Assembly: GCA_036785375.1 (NCBI GenBank)
Contig: JAWMAR010000123.1
Coordinates: forward strand, 1,984,001-2,048,000
Reading direction: 5' to 3'
DNA: 64,000 bases
Origin: Leucoraja ocellata
Lineage: Eukaryota
The position numbers and the translations under genes were made by a program. Under the pieces are notes generated by a model. It saw nothing but the letters and a program-made list of their open reading frames with translations, was not told the DNA's origin and did no database searches. Positions 13,211 to 26,449 of this stretch are shown piece by piece. Position 1 is the stretch's first letter. Each line of letters starts with the position of its first letter.

Positions 13211-15494
13211 CAGAAAATATCATCCACTGAGTAATGCTATTCATGATAAAAAAAAATCTTGAGGGAATTGCTTTTACTTCTATATCCCTATTGAACGAAT
13301 CCATCCACCAATAATTTCAATACATTAAAAATAAACATGAGGCATTAAGATGTTGCTCAAGATGTGATATTTTCTGATTTCTGTTTCAGTCGTGAACAGT
13401 TTTGAAGGGCACAACAAACCCTGTTCCCTTTCTAGGGCTCAGAATCACAGTCTCTTTTACAAAATAGCAAAATAAATGCATTTTTGATTATTTTCTTTTG
13501 TCCAAACCAGGCTGGATCTACATTGGCCAAATGCTGTAAATATCTATCATAATGATTCCTGAGCAAACTTGCAAATAGAATCAAAAGGCAAAGGGCTTAA
13601 TTTCAAATAAAAGAACTCTGTGCAACACCGACCGGCAGGTTCCCTAATAAATTTCTGTGCTGTCTAGACCAAGCAGCAAGATGAAATGGGAGAATTTTAT
13701 ACGGTGGAAGTTTTGAAAAGCATTTTTCCATTAGTTATTTCTGAAATTTGGCAGGACAAATACTGTAAAAGTCTGCAATTACTATATGTGCATACATTCC
13801 CATTAACAGAAAGCTCAATTTTTTTTTCAGTGTTTGAAATAGATCTAAATGTGTGTGGTCAAATACTTAAATACATCAAGAAAAAATCTTCCCTCTTACT
13901 CTACATTTTCTAACCCACACAAACCTGCAATTTACTCTTTGGCAATTGAGAGAATACTTTGGTGTGCTGTTCTTGAGATGCTGTGAATACGGCTATGTAT
14001 CAAGCAGTTGGCAGGTGTGGAACAGTATTTTGTGGTGACTTGGAATCTGATTTAAAATATGCTTTTTTTCCCTCCTAGAGGAACCTGTCTAGCTCATCAA
14101 CAGAGTTATGTATTCAGTCCTACCAAGTATATTTTCATCTGTCTTCTAACATCATTAGTCTGTTTTATTATGTTAGTGCTTATGTATGTGAGTGTATGTG
14201 TGTGATTCAACTGAGTTGGTTTTCAGTCAGTCAATGAAATAACATTAGTAACAGATGTTAGAAGATAGGATGAAGGTTATGGGTTCAAGGAACAGTGTTT
14301 ATAGTAAGACACGTTTACTGACCTAGAATTGCAGACAGTTTCTGGTAAATACCCAGACACCACAGAGGCTGAAGGATGCTACTTTTTATATGCTGCTGTT
14401 AGCAGAAGCATGTAATAAACATCATTATGAGAAACCGCTGTACTATCTTGACGACTGTCTGCTTATCCCAACTTTATTTTCACTTGTCTGGGTTGACCTC
14501 TTAACTGGATAGAGTCCAGAGTTGGTGTAATCTGGGTGGAAACCACATGCAGCAAATGTTTTAAATGTATTTATTCAAGGTCTAAAATCATAAATAGTAT
14601 TAACTTTAAAAGTACTTTTTCCTCAATTCAATTTAATTTTTCCATTCCTCTTTTCCAAGGAATGAGCATAATTTTTAAGTAAAGACAGCAGACAAATAAC
14701 CTGCCCTGAAGCATTTACTGTAATTAACCAACTGATGTCAAACACATTGAAAGAGCCTGTGTTGACTCACCCTCCAGTTTTCCTTCAGACCCTTCTGCAA
14801 TACACATGACCTGCATTCAGTGCAAACTTTTGACAACCTGGGATCTGGAATTTGCTCTGGCAGGAAGTGTTGGCAATTTGGTGTATTTGACTCTCCTTAT
14901 TAATGAGGCAATTTTTACTGAAACATACTTCTGATTCCATGCAAATGAATATTGAGAGCCTGGACTGTCTGCTTGTGCCATTTTCTAATCCAGAAACTTG
15001 ATCTCTGTGTATGCATAGTTAAATGCACTCAGCTTCCTTCAGCAGCTTCCAAATGTCAGTGAAATGGTTTAAAGTTCTTAATAATGGAAAAGAGCATATC
15101 ATTCTGTCAGACCATTTCTAACTTTGTAAAGAAACCAGACAGTCTGCTGACCTGCCTTCAACAAAGTCTTTTTATGTTTTATTTCACAGTTGTGCAGTGA
15201 CTAGTTTAAAACTGAGTGTTATTATTTATGTAATGAGTGTGTGGTTTAACTCCTGATCAGTTATGAAAAGGCATATTGTGACAAAGTTTAAAAGTAGTTA
15301 TTACTCATTAATAAAATGTGTTTTAAGTATCCACTAAAGAAAAAAACTTTTTTTCATTTGATCGTGCAAATATGTAACATTTTTATGTTTGTATTTAATT
15401 ACAACTTTTGAATCGCCTGCATTAAAATTGGTTTCATCTATATTTGCATCAAATATAACATTTTCCAAGGTAGTTAATCTCCAAATTTATGAAT

Positions 15495-15635
15495 AAGAGG
15501 GAACTGCAGATGTTGGTTTAAATCGAAGGTAGACATAATCAGTCTGAAGAATGGTCTTGACCCGAATCGTCACCCATTCCTTTGCTCCAGAAATGCTGCC
15601 TGTCCTGCTGAGTTACTCCAGCATTTTGTGTCTAT
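15495..15635 (+). mobile_element. Penelope-derived hammerhead-motif mini-element with TSD
   Basis: CTGAAGAATGGTCTTGACCCGAATCGTC core (mutated); flanking repeat ctccaaatttatgaat / ctcctaattcatgaat. Confidence 0.75.
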
Positions 15636-15875
15636 CTCCTAATTCATGAATCTTTATTTTAACACAAGTCATCTACTTTTGCAGCTACTATTAAATTATG
15701 TTTTGAATTGATTATAAAATAACAAGCAATGGTATCCCTGTTATTTTATCCTCTTAATATCATTGTTCTATTCTCTTTTCTCTCTTTGATGTCAATATGG
15801 AAATTAAGTAATGAATGGAATTGAATAAGCTTTGAAAATGTTGATTTTAAAATATACTTTGCCTTTGTTCACCTT

Positions 15876-16385
15876 ATAGGAGTAGAATTAGGCCATTTGG
15901 CCCATCAAGTCTACTCTGCCATTCAATCATGGCTGATCTCTGCCTCCTAATCCCATTTTTCTGCCTTCTGCCATAACCATTGACACCTGTTCTAATTGAG
16001 AATTTGTCTATCTCTGCCTTAAAAGTATCCACTGACTTGGCATCCACAGCCCTCTAAAAGAGCGCATTTAAATTCTGAGGCTATGACCTCTGGTCCCAGA
16101 CACTCCTACCAGTGAAAACATCCTTTCCACATCCACTCTATGCCATTCATTATTCTGTAATCAATTTCAATGAGGTCCCCCCACAAACTCATAAACTCCA
16201 GCAAGTAGAGGCCCAGTGCTGTCAAACACTCATCATATGCTAACCCACTCATTCCTGGAATCATTCTTGTAAACCTCCTCTGGACCCTCTCCAGAGCCAG
16301 CACATCTTTCCACAGATATGGGGCCCACATTTGCTCACAGTGGATGCTCGAAATGTGGCCTGACCAGCGCCTTATAGAGCCTCTG
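15876..16385 (-). mobile_element. CR1-type LINE 3' fragment
   Basis: ORF WAPYLWKDVLALERVQRRFTRMIPGM; closely resembles 11950-12530 in inverted orientation. Confidence 0.9.
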
Positions 16386-17794
16386 TTGGATTATGGCAAA
16401 ATGATATCAGACGAGTCAAAAGACTAATTTGTCTCTGCCTTGTAGCTTTATTGTGTGTAAATATTGGAACCTCTGTTCCATCATTGGTAATCCACTGTAA
16501 CTGCACTGAGTAGAATTGCAACAGAGATAAATCAAACTTGTTTGAAGAGTCAACGACAGACTTTGCCCATGGTGATTGAATTTCTGATGATATTGGCAGT
16601 TCTTAAGAAGGAATAGCATTCTGGCATGCTAGACTTGGAAAAACCAAGTCAAATATTTTTTGTGGTTGTAGGTTCTATAGGACCATTATTTCAATGCTTT
16701 CCAAGGTAAATTGGTATCTCTTTAAAGATATATTTCTCCATTCTCTATTGGGGGGTAGTGACCCAAATTCAGAGCAGACATATTATTTTCAGCGTACACT
16801 GTGCAGTATTTCTCTTAACTTTTATATCGTTTTTGTATGCATTATAAAAACGTAGTTTTCAATATCTTGGACTATTTCCTCTGTGGAAATCTTATTCCTA
16901 TTGCCATCTGATTGAGCCTGATAGTATAAATATTCACACTTTCATTTTGGATTAATAGTTTTATTCATAGATACCATAAGGTGACCATAAAGTAAAAAAG
17001 TAATTGTACTATAGAATGAAGGAATGTAAATTAGCACTGGAGAAGCTATACAGCACGGAAACAGGCCCAACGGCTCATTTCATCTGCTGTCCAATTTGTC
17101 AAACTAAACTTGTCCTAGTCTAGCCCATAATCACTCCAAATTTTTCCTGTCCATGTAGTTTTGTGCCTGCCACGATCCATAGTGAGGCCTGGCTATCCTC
17201 TTGAGGAGAAGAGGCTAATTCTGCATGAATGCTCTTGTATTCATCTTAATAATCATTGCTGGGCAGCTTTGGCAGAAAATGGGAACTATTTATTCCACTT
17301 CTTTCAGTCAAGATTCATTAGAAGTAAATGTAATTCTAAAGGTTCAGTAAAAGGGAAAAAAAATAATTTGCTCAGATGTCTGGTATGCTCAAACTTTATG
17401 GTGAGGAAGACTATGAGCACAATTGTGCAGTGTTTAGATTTTTCATGATGCAGAAAAACCACAATGGGAGACAACAACGAGAAATTATTTAAGATTTGCT
17501 GTTATCTAAATTTATTTTGTTAAGCATCTAATAAATAACCAGTCAAAAGGGAGTAATTTGGGAATACAGGCCCTAGTTCATTGATTTAGTAAGTGTTGCT
17601 GTGCATTATCCCATTTGTTTTGAATATGCAGAAATCTTCTGTGTATCTGGAAATGTTTATGCCTTCAGCATACATTGTATGCACTTTGCTAAGATGAAAC
17701 TGGGTGAAATTTAAAAACACTGACACCCCAGATTTTATGAGCACTAATTTATTTTTAACCTTAAAATTGTGATGTCATTAAATTTAATGATTTA

Positions 17795-17945
17795 GAAACA
17801 TAGAAACGTAGAAAAATAGGTGCAGGAGTAGGCCCTTCAAGCCAGCACCGACCGCCATTTAATATGATCATGGCTGATCATCTAAATCAATACCCCGTTC
17901 CTGCTTTTCCCCATATTCCTTAATTCTAAATCTAACTCTAAATCT
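17795..17945 (-). mobile_element. CR1-type LINE 3' tail
   Basis: tagaaacatagaaa...aggtgcaggagtaggccc tail. Confidence 0.75.
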
Positions 17946-18659
17946 AATAGGCTCTCATTAAAAAAATATTTAAATTAGATTTATGTAATTCCTGCACACA
18001 TTTGCCATTTATTCTGAAAAAGCACAGGCCGTGGTTTATTCGTGGCAACAAGATTTTGCTGGTAACTATTGGAGAGGTTGCAATCTGCTGTGTTCAGTAT
18101 TTTATTTGACGTTGATTGCATTGGGCCCTGTTTTGTGAGCGAAACTAGAGAAATGAAACTCTAATGCAAGAAATCTACTGTTCGTGTTTGCATTATAGGA
18201 GCCACAAGCCTTAACTCAATAGATACATTTGTACTTCAGTGAAATGTATGAATTGTTGGATGTAAAAAGCCATGGCCCATATTGATCATGCTCCACTCTC
18301 TTGGTTGTGGCTAAAATAATCAAGCTCACTGCGGGTCTGTGATGCACCTCGGCATGCTACATTTATCAAATATATCACATTTATCTGCATTTTATATCCC
18401 AAATTAGTTTTTTAAATAAATGTTACTTGAAAGATTAATAGGTATCTTTTCCACTGTGGGGAAATTGATTGAGCGCTTGCTCCTTGAAATTGTTTCTTAA
18501 GACTAGTTTTGAAATTGACCTGCTGCTGTTCTGTACTGATGGCCATGGTCCACATTATTTAGTCTCTTTGGAAATCTGTTTGTATTGTGTTGTGACCAGA
18601 AAACATATGCATAATTCCAAGTGTGATTGTGATTTATAAAGTGCCAAGTATACTCACTA

Positions 18660-19060
18660 TTTCAAGAGTCAATATATGTCATATGTGCGGACAACAAATT
18701 AAATGTTTGCTTGTTGCAGCTTAGCCGGCTGTAAATGCAATAACACACAGATTAAATATAATAATCAAAAAGACAATAAATTAATAACTCTAATACTAGG
18801 TAACCATAATAGGGGAGAGGGGGGGGGGGGGACAGGGTCTGCAATGCAACCAAATAACACAGTCTAAAGAAGATCATGATTGCAGAGGTTAGTGTTGTGT
18901 AGTGTTATTGCTGGGAAGAAGCTGTTCTTGAATCTGGTCATCACGGTTTCCATGCCTCTGTGCCTTCTTCCCAATGGTAGTAGTGAAATAAAAGCATGGC
19001 CAGGATGGTGGGATCTTTAGTAGTATTGGCTGCCTTTTTAATGTTTCCTATAGATGCCTT
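18660..19060 (-). mobile_element. Rex1/Babar-like LINE 3' fragment, decayed
   Basis: gggaagaagctgttcttgaatctgg...cttcttcccaatggtag resembles the 3' end of the Rex1 copy at 30860. Confidence 0.55.
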
Positions 19061-22000
19061 GGAGTGGAGGTTAAATATTAAGGTTTTAATACATCCCAAA
19101 TCTGATTTATCTTTCTCGCTGCTAAATTGCCTCATTTGTTAGAGGCTTGGTCAACATAACTTGAGTCTTGCTCAAACCCTCTTAAGCAGTCCTTTCCTGC
19201 ATTTTCATTTTGCCCCATGGACCTTTAATTCTCTAGATTGATTGTCAAGATCTATCTTTCTGCTTAATTACAGGTGTACACAAAGCCTCCTGTGGCTTGT
19301 TCTGTTCAGCCGTATAGTTTGAAGTTTTCATTGGCTTCGATGTTTATAATTCCATTCATCATGTGATTATGCTAATATTTATCTCTAACAAAGAGAGAAT
19401 AGCTTTAACATTTAGAAATGATAATGGGGGGACTATGTATAAACACTGCTGTACATGGTGAAACCAAAATGTATAAAAATGGCCGTTATTAAATTCTGAC
19501 AATGTGCACTTTAACCACATGTGCGTTTTTTCTATTACAAATCTCAAATTGTGGAGTATAGAGGCAAATAAATAAATGATGGGTCTGTGTCCCAAACATA
19601 TGGAGGGCACTGTATATGCTTGCCTAGCGATCCATTTCCTGTGTGCTTAAAGGCAGATGCAATTTTAATAAATACAGTCAGAGGTTTACAAGGACCTTGT
19701 TACAAAAATGTCATTGCTTTTTCCAAGATTTAATATTGGGTTGAAAGATTTTGGTCCATGATTTCAATCTGATTCCACTCAGAGCCTTGGAGAGATATTA
19801 CAAAACATCTTACCCTTTTTTGTTTTCTGTATATTACCACGTAAGGAAGAGGATTAGGAAAGTTTTCCCTAACCAATCAAACAACTCCTCCATTTGATCT
19901 GAGTTCTAGGTGCCTTATGAATAAGCCGTTCACTATTCTCATCTTCTGGGGTCAGTGTATGCTTGTATCTCGGGATGGATTTAATAGTTGGCTCCACAGT
20001 GTTGTCTGCCATGCATATAATGAATAAGATGAGACTTCCTGTTGACATTTGTGAAGGGAGGGGCATGGAGTGAGAATGAAGCTCTTTTATTTGTATTGGA
20101 GTCACCAGTCCCATGAAAGCTTCCTCTTTCACATCAAGCACACACAAGCAGGAACAGTACTCAGACTTGTCAGATGTAATTTATCAAAAGGAACACTGAT
20201 CTTTGCCCTGTGATGTCTCTTTCAGAGATACAGCAACCATAATAACCTCAATTTGTGGAACTTAAACACATGGCTGAAGCAATTCAAGTTGTTACCTCAT
20301 TGATGTAAAACCAAAGTTTGCCACAATGAACTGCTAACTGCATGTTCTAGCTGCGTGTATGCAGTACCTTTAAAATGTCTTGTCCACACAAACATTGTAT
20401 ATTCCCTGCCATGTGAATGATTTATTTTTAATTCAAAAGGCAAATAGTTTCTAAATGCAGTTCCATAGCAGTTGAAGAATTATTATTCAATCTACCTCTG
20501 TTGGAATAAGTTAACGATTGCTTTTGCAAATACAGGTTATTGTGAGTGTTTAGAAGCTAGGGCATGAGAGTTTTGGTTTTTCTTCTTCAAATTATTTTCC
20601 AAGCTGTGCAGGATCAAATTTGGGTGTTTTTTAAAAATAGTTTATTAATATTAATTCCATTTGTTCATAGCTGGTGAAAAATTGAACCATCATGATGAAA
20701 CACTGATGATATTCCACTAAGATTTGGATTCCCATTTGTACTTGGAACAGATCAGCATTAGTCTCCATTGGTGGAATATCAGTGGTTGAGTGGAGCAAAT
20801 GACAAGTGTGCTGATGCTACTTAATTTTGATATTTCATGAAAGATTTAAGAAGAAATTTGTGCATCATCTTTGCACGATATGGTCATTCAGTCAAAGATT
20901 TTGTAGGTCTCATGCAAGGTGTATGTTCAGTTGGATTGAGCAGTTTCTGAAAATAAAAGACCCTGAGCTTGCATAAAGGGAAACTGAACTTTGCAGCTCT
21001 GTTGCCCATTTCTCGTTCAACCTCTTTCCCCATCCCACTCCACTTCCCCAGCAATTAACATAATTTTTTACCACATGGATCCTTCTGCTTAATTAATATA
21101 TGCTGACATTTGTGCTTCTCCACCAACTTTCTTTAACCATATCAGCACATCTTTTTCTTTGTTTCCTCTTTCAGACTTGCACCGTCACCATTATTCTCAT
21201 CCCTCTTCCCACCCACAAGTGGAAAATATTTGCTCACCGTCTTCCTGGGAAGGATTGTAGGCTGATAGGGAGAGGACAAGAAACCAAGGGGGCAGCTCTG
21301 TCACCTGCATGGAATTGTACCATAATCAGGGGTTGCCTACTTCAGAGCCAATAAATGAGAATATCACTGTGTAAAAATAGTTTTTATATTATAAATTTCA
21401 ATAAATTGTTATAGCACTGCAAAATGCTTATAATTAAGTGGAGCTTTAGACTTGGCTATGTGCCTTTTCTGAAAAGAACTTCATGGTTGTCTGACAAGTG
21501 GTTAATGGCAAAGTCTGAGGTTTAAAAGGCAGACACTGAAGTTACATTTGTGATTTTTCCCAAAAAATGGACCAATGAGATGCATAAGTTTCCAAAGCTA
21601 TTTGGAAACTATTTGTCCAACGTTGAAATCTTCCTTTTATGTGTAAGTAATGGAAATGCCTTATCCATATAATTTTGCACTCATTTTCACACATATTCTC
21701 GTAAACACTTATCTAAGCAATCAGTAATTTCCCTAATGCACACATCAGTAAGGAAAAACCTGTCAAAGTGGGAGCTTCCTACAAAATAAACACAAGAATA
21801 AAATGTTAGTTTACTTACAGGATGTGAACATGTTTGGTAAAGCCAGTCGTTATTGCTCATTCCAAATTGCCCTTGTTCCCATTTACCTGTGTGTTGATTG
21901 CTGATGAATGTCATAAGTTCTAACAGACCTAGGCTTGAGGAACTGCGGTGCATTTTAAGGATGTAGCATCCTAGAATTATGTGTGCCATTGGTGGAAAGT

Positions 22001-22107
22001 GTGAACATTTAGAATGTTGGATGAGATGCCATTCAAATGGACAACTTTGTCCGTGACGCTGTGAAAAGGCTTTGGGGAATATACATCTCTGGAGAAAAGG
22101 AATGGGT

Positions 22108-22135
22108 GACGTTTCGGGTCGAGACCCTTCTTCAG
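22108..22135 (-). ncRNA. Minimal type I hammerhead ribozyme core (Penelope-type), intact copy
   Basis: Minus strand CTGAAGA-A-GGGTCTCGACCC-GAAAC-GTC: conserved core, stem II hairpin, palindromic ACGT stem III, GUC cleavage triplet; activity untested. Confidence 0.65.
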
Positions 22136-23019
22136 ACAGCCAAAGGCTATGGGGAGTCAGGAAATGAGCGACCAGATTTAAAATACCTAGCCTCGGACTT
22201 ACAGTTGTAGCCACAGTACTTATGTGGCTGTTCTGGCTTGTGTTTAGTCTAAGAATTGAAAGTGGGAGGCTTGGCAATATTAAAGGGTTGATGTTCTTAT
22301 TATAGATGGACATTGTCCAGCATTGAGTGCCATTTATCAATCCTTGTCTAAATAACTTCCGTGTCTTGCTGCAAGCATCATGGGTTGGCTTAGTTGTCTG
22401 AGGAGTTGCAAACACAATTGAACATTGTACAATCATTACAGACGCCAGTACGTTTGACCTAATGGTAAAAGGAAGGTCACTGATGATGCAATTCACGGTG
22501 GTTGCCCAACAGATCAGTCAGCATCGGAACGAGGAAGATTAATGTGATTTCTCGTGAACCAGGTTCTGAATGAATTGATGAATCGTTCCTATTGAAAGGT
22601 TAAACTCTGCCCTGCTGCTCTTACGCTCCCGATCTGAAAGAACATGAGATGATTTATATGTTGAGAGTAAACATAGTGGTCAACATTTTGAACCATTCCT
22701 GTGAAACCTCCTGATAGTAGGTTTCTGAACATGGGAGAAGATAATGTTGAAATAGCTACGATTTTAATAAATGATGGAGCAGGCTTGATAAGCCTATTCC
22801 TATTTCTTGCTGTCTTTTTTTTAAGCTGGGTTGATTTAAAAAAAGTGTTGATGCTTCATAGCCTCTCGGAACTTAGGACAACTTGGACTGCAGCATCCTA
22901 ATTTCTGTTTTTGCAGCCTGATTTTCACTTTTTATAAATGAATTGCCTTCCTTATATTCATTATATCTCAGGAAGCTAGCTATAATGTGTAAAGTTGTAT
23001 TTTTCTGTTGAATGGCAAG

Positions 23020-23700
23020 TTGATCTGTGTAATTAGTATATTGATTAGAGCATTTCCATTGTCCCACACGTATTCAGTTCGCTGAAGCTTCAGGGAATGT
23101 AGACAAGCTGACCAAGTGGGCAAGAGCATAGCAGATGCAGTGCACAGAACAGATATCGGGCTTAATTTTGTAAGTGATAAGAGTGAGTAATGTTGATATT
23201 CAAAGAGACCTGGGATTCCTTGTGTAAACGTCACTGACACCTAAAATGTGGCATGGTTCGGCAAGGCATTTGGTATGTTGGCCCTCGTTACAGGAGTGCA
23301 GCACTAGAGATGTCATAATGCAATTATATAAGACCCTGGTCAGACTGTGCCTGGAATATCGTGTGCTGTTTTAGCCTCCTTTTCCAAAAAAAAGTATATA
23401 TTTGCAAGCACAATGGAGATCCACAAGACTGGTTCTAGGGATGGAAAGTTTACCACACGAGGATTAAACCAGGCCGAGTGAACCAGCACTCTTCTCGGAT
23501 GAGGTGGAATTTCTTCTCTCAGAAGACCATGAATCTTACCCAGAAGGCTGTGGACACGGGAATCATTTGATAAATTTAAAGCCAATATACATATTTTTAT
23601 ACAATAGAGGAATCGAAGAGTATTGGCAGGAATGTGAAGATAATGCCAAATTTCAGAGCAATTGTGTAGATCTGAGATGCTGTATGGGCTGTCTTCTATT
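23020..23700 (+). mobile_element. CR1-type LINE 3' fragment, highly decayed
   Basis: Remnants of agagacctggg...tataagaccctggtcagact...tggaata...tgtg and a tail-like end. Confidence 0.6.
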
Positions 23701-26449
23701 TCTTATGCACTTTAGTACTCATTGTATGTAGTTGCAATGTGCAATGTGTGTTTGCATGTCTTTGTTCATGATTCTCATCATGATTTTGCACTGAGCATGA
23801 TTTGTATTACTGCCAGTTAAGATCTGGCTCATTCATAGTCTAGTCTTTCAGTAAGATTAAAGTAGTTTGTGGCCAGTAGCATCGGAATTTTAATCCAAAA
23901 ATAATAACTCTTGCTAATGTAAAAACTACTGGTGGAAAGAAAAAGCTGTTTTGAGTTTTGTCTGAGTGGAAGGAGAACTACAGAAAATAACCAGAACATG
24001 TATTTTGTAAATAACATTTTTATAAAACATTTTCGCATTTTCCACTCTCTTGGTCTCTATGGATAATTTGCTAACAAATTATATGAAGAGGCAGCATTGA
24101 GTTGTAGCATAACCTAAAAAGACCAGTGCCCTGACTTGTGTTGTGAAACAGGTGTTCTCCAAGGGGTTTCCTTTGGTTGACGTCAGCCAAATGTTTTGGG
24201 CAAATAGCAAGAATGCAAGTTACACAAACTGCCATGCAAATCCGAAGACAAACTTGAACCATCATTTAAAAAAAAATTGTATCAGATATTAGGATAAATT
24301 TTGTTTGGTCTTTTATTGCCTCGCTAATTTAGAAATAGTCAAAAATTCATCAGCATTATTAAAACTGTTAACATTTTGATTTAACTTCTAAAACACACTC
24401 AGTATCTGCCTTAAGTTTCTGAAATGGAAATTTGTTTCAAAAAATGAGTTTGTAGTACAAGAGCCACAAACCTAAATCCTGGTTTGGTTTTTAGGTATTC
24501 TTTCAGAGTAACTAGGCAATTTAAAAAATAGAGACACAATGTTAAAACAATGAATCAAAAGTACCTGAAAGGCCATCTGTTTATGAGCTGCAGAGATCTG
24601 CAACAATTGCCAAAGATATTTCTAGTTTTATTGCCAATGGGTAGTACAGAAACATTCCCTCATTCCTGTGGTCAGCCCGGGATGGTGTTCCAGCCAGGTT
24701 GCTAATATAAACAGCATTTTGTCAGCAATAGGCTCTTGCCAATCAGTTCTTTGGAACATGATGTGGTACAGAGCTTAGATCAAAGGTGTAAGGATTGGCA
24801 TGCTGTTGTATTTTGAAATGGTACTCTTAAATCTGAGATGTTCTTTTTGGCCTTGACGATTGGTGGAAGCAAGAATCAGCAGTCCAGAATCATTATTGCT
24901 TTCAGAATGACCCTGTTTAGTCTACAGATGTTTTCTCATGCAGCTGCTGTGTTAATTAGATTACGGATCAGACTGAAGAAGGGTTCTGATTTGGCCGAAT
25001 ATTTCTTTTCTCTTGTGTCTTTGTTCTCTTGTTGCTTTCCACTCTGGTCCCCACTGTGAAAGCCAAAGATTTGCAATCAGCGTGTTTTATGATGACCCCA
25101 CAAGTATTTAAAGCAAAACATTCTTAACATGTGCTAATCTGATCACCCATTCTGTCTCTCTTTAGAGTAGGGGTTTGGGAGAGGACTTGTGGGGCAAATT
25201 ACATTTCTTTTTCGAAAAGGGAAAAAATAGCTTATGCAATGACTTTTACAACCTTGGGAATCAGAAGCTCATTGTGGCCAATAAAGCACTTTTGAAATCC
25301 CGTCACTGTTGACAGAAATTTCTGTTTCCCAATTTCTTTGTTTCTTATTCACTGTGTATAATTACATAAGAAACAAGGGGCACATATTTCTCCATTTTTA
25401 ATATATTGACATTAAAATAAACAAAACCAGATTTCTGTTAATTTTATAGTCACAAAGTCATTTTTATCCTGTCCTGTGTGAACCTCATTTACTGTATTTG
25501 CCCTGTATTGTCTTTTGAGGAGAAAAACATACATCTCCTTATGGCCTGCCAGAAATTATGATGAAAAGGATGTGCATAAAATCATAGAAATGTATTGAAA
25601 GGTATATATCATTTGGCCAGTCATGTCCATGGCACAAAAGAATGAACTTTTCAAGCTAGTCCCACTTTCTGGCTTTTGGTATGTAACCTTGTTTATCTAG
25701 TACTCATCCAGATACTATTTCAATGCAATATGGTTTTCTGCCCCCGATGCCTTTACCAGGTGGTGAGGCTGCCACTAATCAGATGAAAATATATTCTCCC
25801 CATTCTCCACCATGCTTTCCGTCAGCTACTTAAGTCTGTCATCCTTGTCGTTTGGCCCGTTTATAAGATAAAAGCTTTCCTATTTACTAATGAATGATAA
25901 TTTAAAAGACTACATATTCTGTAAATCTGAAATAAATGAAAAATACTGAAAGCGCTCAACAGGTGAGGCAGCACCTGTGAGAAGAGAATCAAAGTTAACA
26001 TTTGTCAGCATTAGAAAGGGGAGGAAAGGAAATTGAGATTGTTGCTAGGAGGATTAGGAACACAAAGGGCAGTCGTGTGCACTAGGTGCTTCCAGTATTA
26101 TCCTCTGAGTTGAAAAAATGCAAATTGATTGATAATGTGTTAATATTTCCATTTTAATGTTGCCATTTTCCATAAATGTGATGGTTGCATTGAGATCTTA
26201 GATGAAATAGTTACTGTACAAAAGTATAGCTCTGAAGTTGTAGATATTTAAATGTTGCCACTAGGTATATGCCCTGGGTCTCTCCATGACTGATTTATAA
26301 CTTCTGGGGCATTGAGTTTTGTCTAATTAACTTTTGAAAGAAGAATTATTTGAAGACAGGACTCTCTTGTTTCATGGAGAGATTATATTTATTTAAATAT
26401 GGCCTTCATTTCAAGCTGTTTAATGTCAGTATGCTTTTTGAGGAAGGAG

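Noticed and set aside
19250-19320. Acceptor ttacag|G at 19274 with possible 38-nt exon
   Set aside because: Very weak donor (CC|gtatag), frameshifting, and no supporting motifs.
20200-20265. Acceptor tctctttcag|A at 20226
   Set aside because: In-frame stop after 13 codons, with no convincing donor or nearby poly(A) signal.
21687-22496. 269-aa minus-strand ORF, the longest in the track
   Set aside because: It runs through decayed repeat-like sequence and the inserted hammerhead mini-element, with no recognisable domain or splice context; most likely a chance ORF.
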